A program made the translations under genes and the position numbers. The notes beneath the pieces are model-generated. The model ran no database searches and was not told the DNA's origin. It was given only the letters and a program-made list of their open reading frames with translations. Source: Curvularia clavata (taxonomy: Eukaryota). Taken from it: DNA of 64,000 nucleotides. Position 1 is the first letter of the stretch; each line of letters starts with the position of its first letter. This document shows, in pieces, positions 39,220 through 51,743 of the stretch. The DNA is taken from NCBI GenBank assembly GCA_023920165.1, contig CP089277.1:2356001-2420000 (forward strand), written 5' to 3'.

Positions 39220-40407
39220 GAGTTTTGAAGACAGAGACAACAGGAGCAATGATCAATGTCAACTGTAGTCCTACTGTAGTTTGTGATGGCGCCTGTGATA
39301 CTACTCGTCTCCTGTCTTCAATATACCTGCACTAAAACAGAACAAAGTTTGTGTGAATTCTAAGACCTAGGAAATAGTACATTTAAAACAAGAGAACAAT
39401 ATGTGCACTTTGTATTCAAAATGTCACCTAACGACTATTCAGGTTTGACTAGAGATATCCTACCGGAAGTTTCGTTTCCGGGTCGTACGTTGTCTGTGCG
39501 TACAACGGCTATGCCGGTAACCCTATCTCCCGGGAACGCCTAGTGAACTTGTACTCTTTTTGGCTAGTTCCAGCCCACAAGGTTTTCCGCCACACCAGGA
39601 TGGCTTTCCCTTGATACTGCAAGAGGCTGGTGAGATTTGTCTCCTCTACAAGATTTGTCCCTCACAATAGTGCTAGTGCTTAGTCCAATTTAGCGTGCAA
39701 TCTCTGAACGCAAGATCTGCGTGTCTCTTTAATACGTACGTAGAGTTCTCTTCACTGCAAGGGGCTGATCAAAGAAGTCATAACTGGAATGAACGGGACC
39801 GAGTACTGAAGGATTTATTCGATGGTGAGCTATGTTCTATCTACAAATGTGCTTATGTCTGCTTTTTGGGAAAGGGTTGTACCAACGCTGTCTAAGCATC
39901 GTTCGGCTGAGCTGCCGATGCCAGGTGCTTAGGACAGTACCCAGGATCTGTGCGTTGGTAGGCTCTCAGCAGATCTTCTCTTCGCACCGAGACATCATCG
40001 AGGAACACCTACAAAGGGCTTTCGGCCCTTTACATCCATCATCTTTAGTAGTAGGATTTTGTTGTAGTTCTCCCAATCAAACACAGACGAAATCTAAACC
40101 ACTTTAGCTTTTTTCTATGATTTCTACAGAGAAGCATATAATACACTTAGGACGCATGATGTGTTGTATAGCTACAATCTTATCATTATTTAGACTATAT
40201 ATAATCAGAAGAAAAAGCAAAGGCCTCTGAATGATGTTAGGTAGAATTATCTGTCTTTTATACACTTACTTAGAGAATGATATTCTGCTACACTAGTTGT
40301 TCTGATACAAAGGAATGCACGTGAGTTGTTTGTTGCAAAGCATTGGCTGAGCGTGTGTCAGACCTCAAAAGTGAAGTGATTTTTGTTTCATTTGTACCAC
40401 CAGGTTG

Positions 40408-41466
40408 CTATATCTTACTTGACATGTGACCCACTTCGTCCTTCGTCATGACATCGCAAAGCCAGTCTGCAGCCTTGTCAGCCATGGCAGGTGGAAATGC
40501 ATGGCCGACACCGTCGAACAGGACATCTTCAAAATTCATGTTCAGGCTAGGATCCTCTGCGATGATGCGTTTGAAGTGCTTGAGAAACGGCTCGCCTGCT
40601 TCGTACGGAACCAGCTTGTCTATCTTGCCACTGAGGTTCAAGATACTCTTTCCTTGTAGTCGCTCCTTCATGAGAGCCTTCATTCTGTCCAATTGTGCTT
40701 GGTCGGGCTGTTTGTCTTCGGCTATGGGGTTGAACATGCCGGGAAGCAGGAGACCTGCAGGATCATACTGAGCGATGGCGTCTTGCAGGGCCTGTGGAAA
40801 ATCGGGGGATCCGAGAAAGGTGGCTCCAGGTGGTGTAGTTTTTGTATAAGATTCTCGCTTGGACAGGCGTGCGCGGTCGGTCATGAGGCGGGTGTAGTCT
40901 GGACAGCCGATGCCAACAACGCCTGCTGTGATGCGCGGGTCACCCAGCAGACAGTGCCAAGTTGCGTGGCCACCTAGCGAGATACCGAGGGCAAAATGGT
41001 GAGTAATTTTAGGTGCATCTGGTGCTGTGAAGATGTAGGATTGAAGATGGTTGATGAGTTGCGAAGTGTCAGTGGCGGTTCCGTGGTAGCAGCCAAACAT
41101 GTCTTGGGCATGCCGCTCGTTTCCGTCTCGCCAGGCTTGGTTGTGCAACTCGTCGACTTTGCGGGAGCCATGATTACGCTGATCGAACGCAGCAGCTATG
41201 AGGCCCTTGGGGTTCTTGCCTGCGCGACCCTCTTGTATGCGCTTATTCCACTCCGAGATGACGCGGTTGGCAATTGGCTCCATGTGTTCCTTCGATTGTA
41301 GGCGTGGATTGAGGAGCCACAGGCAGGCGACCGACGGAACAGATGCGGGCAATTCATCGAGGCCATGGACGTCGACGAGAACACCGGCAATAGTGAAGGT
41401 GTGAGAGGACAATGGGCGCTGGGTGGAGCGCGGGGTCCCATGGAGAGGATTCGTAGTCGCTGCCAT
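40408..41466 (-). CDS. Alpha/beta hydrolase
   Basis: FDQRNHG, nucleophile elbow GISLGG, Asp (GKIDKLVP) and His (GVGHAF) form a triad. ATG at 41466 (MAATTN). Confidence 0.88.
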   Translation of the reverse strand: MAATTNPLHGTPRSTQRPLSSHTFTIAGVLVDVHGLDELPASVPSVACLWLLNPRLQSKEHMEPIANRVISEWNKRIQEGRAGKNPKGLIAAAFDQRNHGSRKVDELHNQAWRDGNERHAQDMFGCYHGTATDTSQLINHLQSYIFTAPDAPKITHHFALGISLGGHATWHCLLGDPRITAGVVGIGCPDYTRLMTDRARLSKRESYTKTTPPGATFLGSPDFPQALQDAIAQYDPAGLLLPGMFNPIAEDKQPDQAQLDRMKALMKERLQGKSILNLSGKIDKLVPYEAGEPFLKHFKRIIAEDPSLNMNFEDVLFDGVGHAFPPAMADKAADWLCDVMTKDEVGHMSSKI

Positions 41467-42093
41467 GGAGAAATACAGAGAGGTGCTAGAGGTGCTGGGA
41501 TGAGGATACAGGCGGCGGGGGCTAGCTATATGGCAGATAGCAATTGTGGCAAATATGAGGGGATATGAGTAATAGTGAGGTGCTGGCCATGTTGGGCGAT
41601 AGAGCAAGAGACGGGAGTGGAATGCGGAACGGCCATCCTGCCAGTGCCGAGGCTGATCAGTGCGGGCGGTCAGCAAGGCGGCGAGGCCAGGGTCCCCCTC
41701 TTCCCCTGACGCCAACGGCCAGGGCACTAGTGTAGCCGTTCGCCGGGACAGCAGTCGAGAGATTAATTGGGATGGATGCACTCCACTCTGCAAGGGCCCA
41801 TCGAACCTATACTCACCACCTTTGCGGCCGTGTGTTTCCGTGGCCGAGCTAGCTGCTTATACAACACGCTGTCTTAACTACACGCACGGCATCCGCACTT
41901 CCGTGAGGAGAGCAACAACCTCCATCCATCAATCCATCCACCCACGTCACCAAAGTGAACGACAGCACATTCATGTCTATCATGGCTCTATAGCGCCCTA
42001 GAAGCTGACCAATAAACCACCCAACCCTTCCCTCACGCGACCTCTCTACTCCTCTCCTCTTCTTTCATCTCATCTCATCCTCATCTCGCCAGC

Positions 42094-45000
42094 ATGCCTG
42101 GCTCAAACACTCCAGACGCCTCGCCCATGGCCCGTAGCCCGCGGTCGACATCCCCAGCTCCACCAAGGAGCGCAGAAGATCCAGGACGGGTGCCTTCACC
42201 ACTTCGTCTGGTCCAGCCCAAGAACGAGACACAAGACCTACACAATCCCTCGCCCTCAAACGGCGCCCCTAGAATTATGCGCTCTGCCCCTACCGGCTCG
42301 CCGCTGTCCCCCAAAGAACCCGCAGAGTTTCCCTTCAATGCGCCAGCTGCTGCAAATGGCGGTAGCGTTGCCCCCGAATATGCTGAGCTTCCCCCCCGAT
42401 CCAGCTCCTACTACCCGCCCTTTGCGCCCATGTCACGCCATCCTACCGAGGGCGAGCTCTCTGACGCACCACGAGAACGCAAGAGTGTTCAGTTCGCGCG
42501 ACCGACAGGACTTGGATCAGACTCGCCGCAAGGAAATTCGCGTCAGCAGTCGTGGGAGGTGGACGAGAGCGACGGCAAGGGCAAGGAGCGGAGTACACAG
42601 TCCTCATCACTAATGGGCAAACTGAGGGCACTGGCATCGCCCATGCAAGGACATGGTCGCAGCCTGAGCGCTTTGGCAGGAGGCTCGTCCGGCGGCCATG
42701 ATAGCTCGCCTCACGGTCCATTGTCGCCCACATCAGAGCTCGAAGAGCCACGGTTCGAGGGGCACGATAGCGAGGCTGATGCTGACGGCGAATCGAGCGC
42801 CGGCGAGGGTGCTTCGAGAAGCAGACCGAGGCAGAAACGGAGAAAGAGCAGTCGGCGCTGGTTCGATGGCGAAGCCGAAGGCACACAAACGGCCCCAACA
42901 ACACCAAAGCAGATGAGCAACAGTGGCGGCTTCTTCTTCTCACGCGACTCACCCACCATGACACCCACCTCTACCCGTCCGGGCTTCCTACGCCGATCCA
43001 CCATGGACGATATACCCGAGAACGAGCGCCAGGGCTACTCCGAGGACGAGGGCCGTTCGCGTATAGCCAAGGAGAGTGCGTGGTCCCGCGGGCTACACAG
43101 TGCTAGGGGACTTTCGTACGGCGGTCTGCGGAGACACGACCCCAACAGCGAAGAAGAAGGGCAAGGCAATCGGCCAACAGGCAATCTGCGGAGCTTGACA
43201 ACCTTCAGGAATGCTCATGGCGACACACAGCCTTCGCCATGGAGGATGCGGAGCGAGCGCACCTCGAGTTTGAGTGCACAGAAATGGAAGTCGATCAAGA
43301 ACAGCTTGAAGCTTCTAGGTAACAGGCAGAAGGTTGAGCGTCAGATTGACCACGCAAAGTCGGCCGAGCTCATGGCCGAGCTGCTTGCCGGAGCACCTGC
43401 GGCCCTCTTCTTGGCCAGCATGTTTCAAAGAGACGAGCATGGCCACAAGCGCATCCCTGTCCTCCTCGAACAGCTCAAGGTAAGCATCACCGATACCGAC
43501 CGGCCTGGCAAGAAAGAGGGCGACCGTCACACTGCTTTGCGTATAGAACTTGAGTACGGCAGCGGCCTTACCCGCATGAAGTGGGTCGTCTATAGGAGTG
43601 TCGCCGACTTTGCCAATCTGCACCTCAAGTTTAAAGTGCAGGAGAAGCAAGACGCCTTCCGAAACAGGCCAGCAACCCGCGCCCGTGAGATAAAAGATAA
43701 GGCTGCCAAAGACGGCGAGGAAGAGGAGGAAGAGAAGGAGGACCCTAGGACAAAACTTCCTCGTTTTCCTAGGAGTGTACTGCCCTATCTCCGAGGCCTC
43801 CGAGGTTACGGTATTCTCGATGACGAAGGTGATGAGGAAGAGGAAGAGACTGCTGTCGGAGGCGCCGCCAGCGGACCCGATGGCGATGCCAGCGCTACGG
43901 AACGACCTTCCAAAGCAAGGCGAGGCAAATCATCTTTCCTGGGCCGCAGACAATCTAGTGTCAGTGGCAGTCAGGCTCAAGGCGCTGTCGGTGCGCTGGC
44001 AGCGAGACAAGGCAGCTTCGTTGGAGCCATCGGTCAACCAGCACAAGCGAAACAGAACCATCACGAGCGACAACGGAAGAAGCTAGAGCAATACTTACGT
44101 GGCCTGATGACTTATCTCATATTCCGCCCGGATAGCAACCGGCTGTGCAAATTTCTCGAGCTCTCTGCCCTCGGTGTCCGACTAGCTGCTGAAGGCGGCT
44201 ACCACGGAAAGGAAGGCTTCTTGATGATCAAGTCATCAAAGGGAGTCGACAATAGGAAGGGCTGGACCAAGGTCTCCATGATCAACCGTCACTGGCCTAA
44301 ATGGTTTCTAGTGAGGCACAGCTATGTCGTCTGTGTAGATTCTCCCGAGGAGATGAACGTCTACGATGTGTTTTTGGTGGATGCCGACTTCCACTTGGAA
44401 TCCAAGTCAGGCAGGATACGAGACAAGAAAGCCAGAGATATCGCAAGTGAAGCAAAGGCATCGGCAACAGGTCACCATCAGTTGAAGCTGGTCAACGCTG
44501 AGCGAAAGATGAAGCTGCTAGCTAGGAATGATCGGATGCTGCAGCAGTTTGAAGAGTCAATCTCCTTCATGGCACAAAACACATTATGGTCACAACGCCA
44601 ACGTTTCGATAGCTTCGCGCCGGTGCGTAAGAAGATCTACGCACAATGGCTTGTCGACGGTCGTGACTACATGTGGAATGTTTCGCGAGCCATCAGCATG
44701 GCCCGAGACGTCATTTACATCCATGATTGGTGGTTAAGTCCTGAGCTCTACCTACGCCGCCCAGCTGCCATCAGTCAGAAGTGGAGACTCGACAGGCTGT
44801 TACAGCGAAAGGCACAGGAAGGTGTCAAGATATTTGTCATCATGTATCGCAACATTGGTGCTGCCATCCCCATTGATTCCGAATATTCCAAGTTCTCGTT
44901 GCTCGACCTGCACCCGAACATCTTTGTGCAGCGTTCGCCAAACCAGATCCGTCAAAACACCTTTTTCTGGTCTCACCACGAGAAGATTTGTGTCATCGAC

Positions 45001-47813
45001 CATACAGTCGCCTTTTGTGGAGGAGTCGATCTATGCTTTGGTCGCTGGGATACCCCGCAGCACGTTGTTGTAGACGACAAGCCTACCGGCTTTGAGCTCG
45101 ATGACACACCCAAGGACGCCGACCACTGTCAACTCTGGCCGGGCAAGGATTACTCCAACCCCAGAGTGCAGGATTTCTTCGCTCTGGACAAACCATACGA
45201 GGAAATGTACGACCGCTCAAAGGTTCCTCGAATGCCATGGCACGATGTCGGCATGCAAATCGTGGGTCAGCCAGCTCGTGACCTGACGCGGCACTTTGTT
45301 CAGCGATGGAATTATCTGCTGCGCCAGCGCAAGCCTTCGCGGCCAACACCATTTTTGCTTCCGCCACCCGACTTTAATCCAGCGGATATTGAAGCTCTTG
45401 GGCTTGACGGGACGTGCGAAGTGCAAATTCTTCGTTCTGCATGTGCTTGGTCATTGGGTACACCCAACAAGGTTGAGCACAGCATTATGAATGCGTATGT
45501 GCAGATGATCTCAACCTCGGAGCATTTCGTCTACATCGAAAACCAGTTCTACATAAGCAGCAGTGAGGTGCTGGGCACGAAGATTGAAAATAAGATCAAC
45601 GATGCCATTGTCGACCGTATTAAACGTGCTCATGCAAATGACGAGGACTGGAGGGCATGCATCATGCTTCCACTCATGCCTGGATACCAGAATACTGTGG
45701 ACGAGCAGGAAGGTAGCAGTGTCCGTCTCATCATGACCTGCCAGTACCACAGCATTTGTCGTGGCGAAGGCTCCATCTTTGGCCGTCTGAGGGCCGCGGG
45801 AATCGAGCCAGAAGATTACATCCAGTTCTACGCCTTGCGATCGTGGGGCGAGGTCGGCCCGAACAAGATGCTCGTTACAGAGCAACTCTACATCCACGCC
45901 AAGATCATGATTGTTGATGACCGTGTTGCCATTATTGGATCTGCGAACATCAATGAGCGATCTATGTTGGGATCGCGAGATTCCGAAGTTGCAGCCATCA
46001 TTCGCGATACTGAAGTACTTGACTCTTACATGGGTGGTAAGCCTTACAAGGTTGGAAAGTTCCCTCACACGCTTCGCATGCGTCTCATGCGAGAACATCT
46101 GGGTGTTGACGTGGACTGCATTTCCGAGGAAGAAATTGCCAGTCAAATGTCTGATGCCGATAGTGTCGGTTTCCAAACAGAGTCTTCTGGACCCGGTTCA
46201 CCTACGGCCCAACGCATGACTGAACAAAAGCTGGAAGAGAACAACTACAGAATGCAAGACGAGCTCATCGAAAAGGCCGAAAAGCTGCACAGCTTCAACC
46301 ATGACTTCGACTGGGCGCAGGACCATAACCCACACCTACAAAGCCCCAAGAAGCCATCATCTGACGTTCGCGTGCAAAACAACACAGCACATGCAAAGGA
46401 TGTGCGCGGTGAGGGTGCTGACCACATGCTTGAAGTGGAACAACTGCGACCAGCCGTTGCCCAAGGTCGAGATTCCTATGTTGACGAACATGGCCACGAG
46501 AAACTTGTAACAGACATTGCCGCTGAGGGTTTGGCGGCTGCACCAAAGAAGACGGCTGCCCTCAGGACTCGAAAGCGCAGTGGCACCACGGGTACCAGGA
46601 CTAGTGCAGTCAGTGCGCTGACTGAGGGAACCGGATATGCTGGTCTTCCACCCCCCAAGTTCCCGCGTATGGACACGGCAAAGTTAGGACTTACGCAACT
46701 CAGCCAGCTACCTGCCTTACCCATATCGGACGACACGGACATTGGTGGACCGCCTGCTCTCCAGCGCACCTGGAGCCAAGGCTCCTCGTCGGTCCTTAAC
46801 CCAATCCTTTCTGAGATGCGACGACCCATTGTCACTGAAGACTGTATGCGCGACCCGATTAACGATACCTTCTTCCTCGACACATGGCATCAAATCGCAG
46901 AAAACAATACCAAACTGTTCCGCCAGGTCTTCCGCTGCATGCCTGACAACGAGGTCCGGACATGGAAAGAGTATCAAGAATACACTGCTTTCGGCGAGCG
47001 TTTTGTCAAGGCGCAAGGCGGTGGTGACAAGGAACGGGTGCATAAGCAGCAAGATGCACCTACCGCTACCGGGCCGCCTGGTACAGGCATTACAGGGAAG
47101 GTTGGGACCAAGGTCGGAGCATTAGGTGAAAAGCTCACGGAGAAGGTGACCAACACTTCTGACGGCAAAGTCAACAGCGAGAACGGGAGCTCAATTGCTC
47201 CTCACAGTGTCGAGCAATGGGCCGAAGGCCATGAGAAAGGAGCGCATGCTCAGAACCGTGGCATCCATATCGACACAGCTTCTGGCTCTACATTGAACGA
47301 GAAGTTGGCACCAGAGCCTGCCGACGACGCCATTGTGTCTCCCATGAACCCTGCCCCACCAGAGAAGACATTCACTTTCCCCGCACCACCACCTGTACCC
47401 GATAGTTCATTCGATTTCGCAACAAACGCACCACCACCAACGTCCCACTCGATGCGTGAGCGCTCCCGCCAAGTCACTATTAACGAGCCCACCATCCACC
47501 CATCCCAAACCTCTACTCCTCCCAACCGCTCCAACACCAAGCGTTCGCGTCGCCGCGCCACAACCAAGAGCTCCAATAAGACGTTCCAAGCTACAGACGC
47601 AGACATGATGCTCGACAAGGAAGACGCAAAGAGGGTGCTTGAGCTGGTGCAAGGCCATTTGGTGCTTTGGCCGTATGACTGGTTAGAAAGTGAAGAGAAG
47701 GGCGGCGGTTGGCTGTACAATGTTGACCAGATTGCGCCGTTGGAGATTTAGTAAGTCTTGCCTTTACTTAAGCGATGCTGTGTCACAGGAAACTAATTAT
47801 TTGAAGTAATTAA
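42094..47813 (+). CDS. SPO14: Phospholipase D1 (PX-PH-HKD-HKD)
   Basis: Two HKD motifs (HHEKICVID; HAKIMIVDD...GSANIN), IYIHDWWLSPE and YIENQF. A probable terminal intron at 47751-47806 adds YN*. Confidence 0.96.
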
Positions 47814-49012
47814 GAACCAAGAACAATAGAGGGCAGTGATAGACAGAGGATGGTAAGAGGAGACTGAGGTATTCGGGTCGTCTTTCCTTCTGAATCGGGG
47901 TTTCTTTTCTTGGTCTAATACCTTTGGATGTTTCTTTCGAATTCGCTTGTTGCTGTGCGCTTCTTTTTTAACTCTGCTCTCTCGCTTTTTGGTATTGCAT
48001 CGTTTGTACAGGGAGTTGGGGCAAAGCAAGATGCCCATTTTTTTGTATACAAGCATTTTCGGGGCGTTTTCTGTTTTTCCTTTCCTCTCGCTTCAGTCCT
48101 GAGTTTTCCTTTGGGCCTCTTGTTCATTTAAAAATCCTTTGGATACGTGCAAAAAATATTTCTTTCGTAACACTTTTTCACAGTTTCTGCTTTGGTTTTA
48201 CTATTCGAGTTCTGTTTTTTCTTCTCTTTTTGTTCTTCAATTCTCTCTTTCGACGCTTGTTCGCCGTCAGACCTACATTTAGCTAACTAAGCCTATATCT
48301 TTTAGTTAAGGCTTGCCTTGAAGTAGAAAACTGGTCAAGTGCATAGTTATTAGCGCATTGTAATAAGAATTAGTTCCATGCGGTACGCGTAGCCTGTGGC
48401 AGCTATGTGGGCAAATCAGGATGCTTGGAGAGTGGCTGACTGGCCGGCTGATTTTGCCGTCCTTACGAATCACTATCCAGCGACCCTGGACCTTTTTGCG
48501 GTCAAGAATCATGTGACGTCTTCCTCCTCGCCTCACTTTCATTGCCCTGCCCTCAGCACGCCTACCAAGTGCACATGGTAAGTCATAAAGACGGTGAAAG
48601 GCTCTTATCTTGCCCGATAGCCGATGCAGCCAGCTACTGCCGGGTAAAGACAAGATGCATATGCGGTATATATGTCAGTCACGGGGATGCCGAGGAAGTG
48701 TTGGGTTCAGGGCTTGAGGAGATGCAGGGTAGGGCTGCTCGTTGCTTACACACTTCGTGGACAAGCTAGGTGCACGTGATCAGAGGATGAAAGAGTCAGT
48801 TTTTGTGCGAGTCGTGGGGATGTTGCGATAAGGTACGGAGTAGATGTAAGAGGAATGCAGATATGAAGACATTGGTTTCATCTCAAAAAGAGGAAGATGG
48901 ATACCAATCAGTCACGTGGCCTGACAGGACGGGCAACACCCTGTGTAAGGGTCCCTCAGCTTCCCCCTCCCTTTCCCGTTCCAAGCATGAAGGCAGACCA
49001 ACCAAGTCTACG

Positions 49013-49027
49013 CACACACACACACAC
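49013..49027. repeat. (CA)7 microsatellite
   Basis: cacacacacacacac read directly. Confidence 0.8.
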
Positions 49028-50025
49028 CTCAGCTCCAGCTGACTTTTTCCCCCTCTCTGCACCCACTCCAAAATTCCACCAAGTGAGCGCACTCGCACGC
49101 CACACTAATGCCATGGCGAAACACTAGCGAACCAAAGATTCGATTCAGTTTTTGCCTTTGCCTTACACCCTCCGCGCTCCCTCTGCCCGCTCCGCGCAGC
49201 AGCGAAGAGCAAAGACCACGCTGCTCCCCCTCCCATCCTTTCCCCAGACATGAAACAAGCAAAAAAAGTGTAAATGCGTTGTCTGTGCACAAGTATTGAT
49301 TTCTGTTCTTGGCTTGCTACATGTGTAATACTAGGGAGGTTGTCGCTGGGGTGATAATCTTGACTCGCTAATCGGGGAGAGTTATTTTCGGGGAAAGGAA
49401 GGAGGGAGGGGGCACTGGTTTCGTCGCGTTGATCGAGACGTGTCGTGTTCGCGTTGCTGAGGGGGACAGGAACGGAACGGCCGGGACGAGGGGGGCACGG
49501 TGCGTCCTCATTACTGTGCTGGGCTGCTGTGCGACGACACACTTGTTTGAGTGGTGGAATTTACGTGGATGGATTTTGCTGAGGGTGCAGACTCCCGTCT
49601 TGTCTGTTTCCAGGCCGGCGTTGCTACTTCAACCAGAAGCCATTGCCCTTGTTGAGAGAGAGCGTGCACAATGTTTCAGTCATGGCGCCATCACGGTCAT
49701 CAGAAGAGAAGGCTGTAACAATAATAATCATAGATTCATTGATAGTTTGCCTAATAGATTTAGTGGCACAGTGCTGAGAGACGCGATCGACCCTGTCCGA
49801 TCAAGCAGTCGAAATGTGAGCATAATAATATCATACATGTCAAATGGAGTCACTTCCGGTGAGCCATACATATCCACCGCCAGACGCCGAGTTGCCGAAG
49901 AAGGACCCAAGACAGAAACAATCGTCGGCCAATGCAGCCAACGAAAAGGACCGAGGAGATTTTGTTGCCGAGTAGATAATAGGAAAAAGAAACGAGAAGA
50001 AAGAGAAGAGATGCAAGCAAGCTCG

Positions 50026-50958
50026 CTACATCTCCATTGCGTCCACATCTGCGTGAGTCGAAGGCATGTTGACATTGGGTCGCATAGCAGCTGTCGATGC
50101 GGGTTCCGAGGAGGGAGTGAGTTGACGGGCATTGATGCGCTCGCCCTCGACGCGAGGGGTGGCGCCAAACATGAGGTTGCTGACGGTCCGCTCCAGTGAC
50201 CAGCCGACGAGCTGGCACCACTGCAGGCTGTCCGAGAAGAGCCAGTAGCCCTGGACACCGTGTTGCTTCGCGCGCACAAGGTAGGCATTGAGCGATTCTT
50301 TCTCAAGCATGACAAGTACATCAGTAAAGTCGAAGTGACGTTCAATGACACGCGAGTATGCGCGCGCGGCGTCGCGAAGGTTTGGGTTGGACATGACGTT
50401 CTTCCAGCCCACGCCGAGCGACGCAATGAGCTTGTTGACGGTAGTGCCGTTGTCGTCGATGAGCTGTTCGGTCTTCTGAGCATCCATGTCGTTGAGGGAT
50501 GGAACTTCGACGTTGGCAGACGGGCTCATGCGTGCAGACTTGCGTGATATAGCGATGGGGCGAGCAGCAGCTTCAGCCTTCTCTTCCCTTTCGATCTTCT
50601 CTTCATACCAAGTGCCCGATTGCGATTCGGCGGCCATTGTGTAGCCAGGCTCACCAGGGTAGATGAGCGTCATGCCTGGGCCATACACAGGCTCGGGCTT
50701 CGGTTTCGCAGGTGCTTGGGTGACGATGGATCCGACGGGTAGGTTCTCCTCCGGCTCGTCGACGTCGGCGATGGATCGTTTGCGCCCAGCGGTGGCATTG
50801 GAGGCGGCGGCTAGATAGTTGAGCGAGGGTGGAGTAGGGTATTTGGGGCGGAAATTACCCATTGGTGATGCGGCGCTCTGGTGGCGTGAAAAGTAGCCCT
50901 GCGGTTGCTGGGGCGGCAGGACGACTGTTGGTGACGAGGCGTAGTAGTTGAGACCCAT
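50026..50958 (-). CDS. Uncharacterised conserved-looking fungal protein
   Basis: 310-aa ORF with strong coding bias, NLS-like AGRKRS, GPGMTLIYP/AESQSGTW motifs and a globular C-terminal half. Divergent from CCT3. Confidence 0.8.
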   Translation of the reverse strand: MGLNYYASSPTVVLPPQQPQGYFSRHQSAASPMGNFRPKYPTPPSLNYLAAASNATAGRKRSIADVDEPEENLPVGSIVTQAPAKPKPEPVYGPGMTLIYPGEPGYTMAAESQSGTWYEEKIEREEKAEAAARPIAISRKSARMSPSANVEVPSLNDMDAQKTEQLIDDNGTTVNKLIASLGVGWKNVMSNPNLRDAARAYSRVIERHFDFTDVLVMLEKESLNAYLVRAKQHGVQGYWLFSDSLQWCQLVGWSLERTVSNLMFGATPRVEGERINARQLTPSSEPASTAAMRPNVNMPSTHADVDAMEM

Positions 50959-51743
50959 ACTGTATGTTTAGTAGATTAGAACAACAAGAGGTGCGAGGAT
51001 ACAAAGATGTGCAAGCGACTACTAGACAAGGGGTGAGCACGCGACGAGATGTCCTCTGGTGTCACTAGAAGCGACGGCGATGATGAGGCAGAGGATGGAT
51101 AGTGATAGAGCGAGGCGCAATGGAGATGAAGTGTAATGGGTGGATGGGTATGGAAGGCAAGAAGAGAGAGGGCGACGAGGGTATTCAAGTACGAGGGAGC
51201 CCGGGCGAGGGACTGGAGAAGGTGCGTGGGAAAGGTTGGCGCGAGGAAGTGAGATGGAGGAGGGAAGGTTTGGAGGGCGCCAGAGCGGTCTTGTAAGCTG
51301 TCGCGCAAGTCCCGTGAGAGGCTGGAAGCGATGCGGTGAGAAGCGGCAGAATGTAAGGTAAAGTGGTCCGGCTATTGATCGTCCAGGGCAGGTCAAGCGT
51401 GCATTGGCCGGCTGACGAGGTTTGACGACCCCATGCAGCTGCCAAGACCCGGGCCGATTTTCAGCCGAATTCTTGAATCTAGTGGAAGATGCCGGTGCTA
51501 GTGATGTAAGCTAGCTTTTTCTGCAGCTGAGTCAGCCGGGTGACGGGGCTTGTGGCACGGCCTGTGGCTGGAGGTCGGCTGCAGATAATCCGCGCCGGGA
51601 TAGTGGCGGTTGGGACGCGGTTTTTGGTGGTAGCAAAAGTTAGCGGAGGAGCTGCAAGGCACCAGACGCAAGATACCCCACGCACCTCGAACCTCGAGCC
51701 TCCTCTTGCCCCTCTACACTGCTTCCGAGCCCATATTTTCACC

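Noticed and set aside
37216..41466. Secondary-metabolite cluster (P450 plus hydrolase)
   Set aside because: No backbone enzyme or pathway regulator anywhere in the window.
41467..41793. N-terminal extension of the alpha/beta hydrolase ORF
   Set aside because: Non-ATG start and UTR/promoter-like composition in the divergent region with PLD.
49429..50483. Two ~250-aa overlapping ORFs (49429-50199 + and 49728-50483 -)
   Set aside because: Non-ATG or weak starts and random-like composition; they overlap the end and likely 3' UTR of the 310-aa gene.
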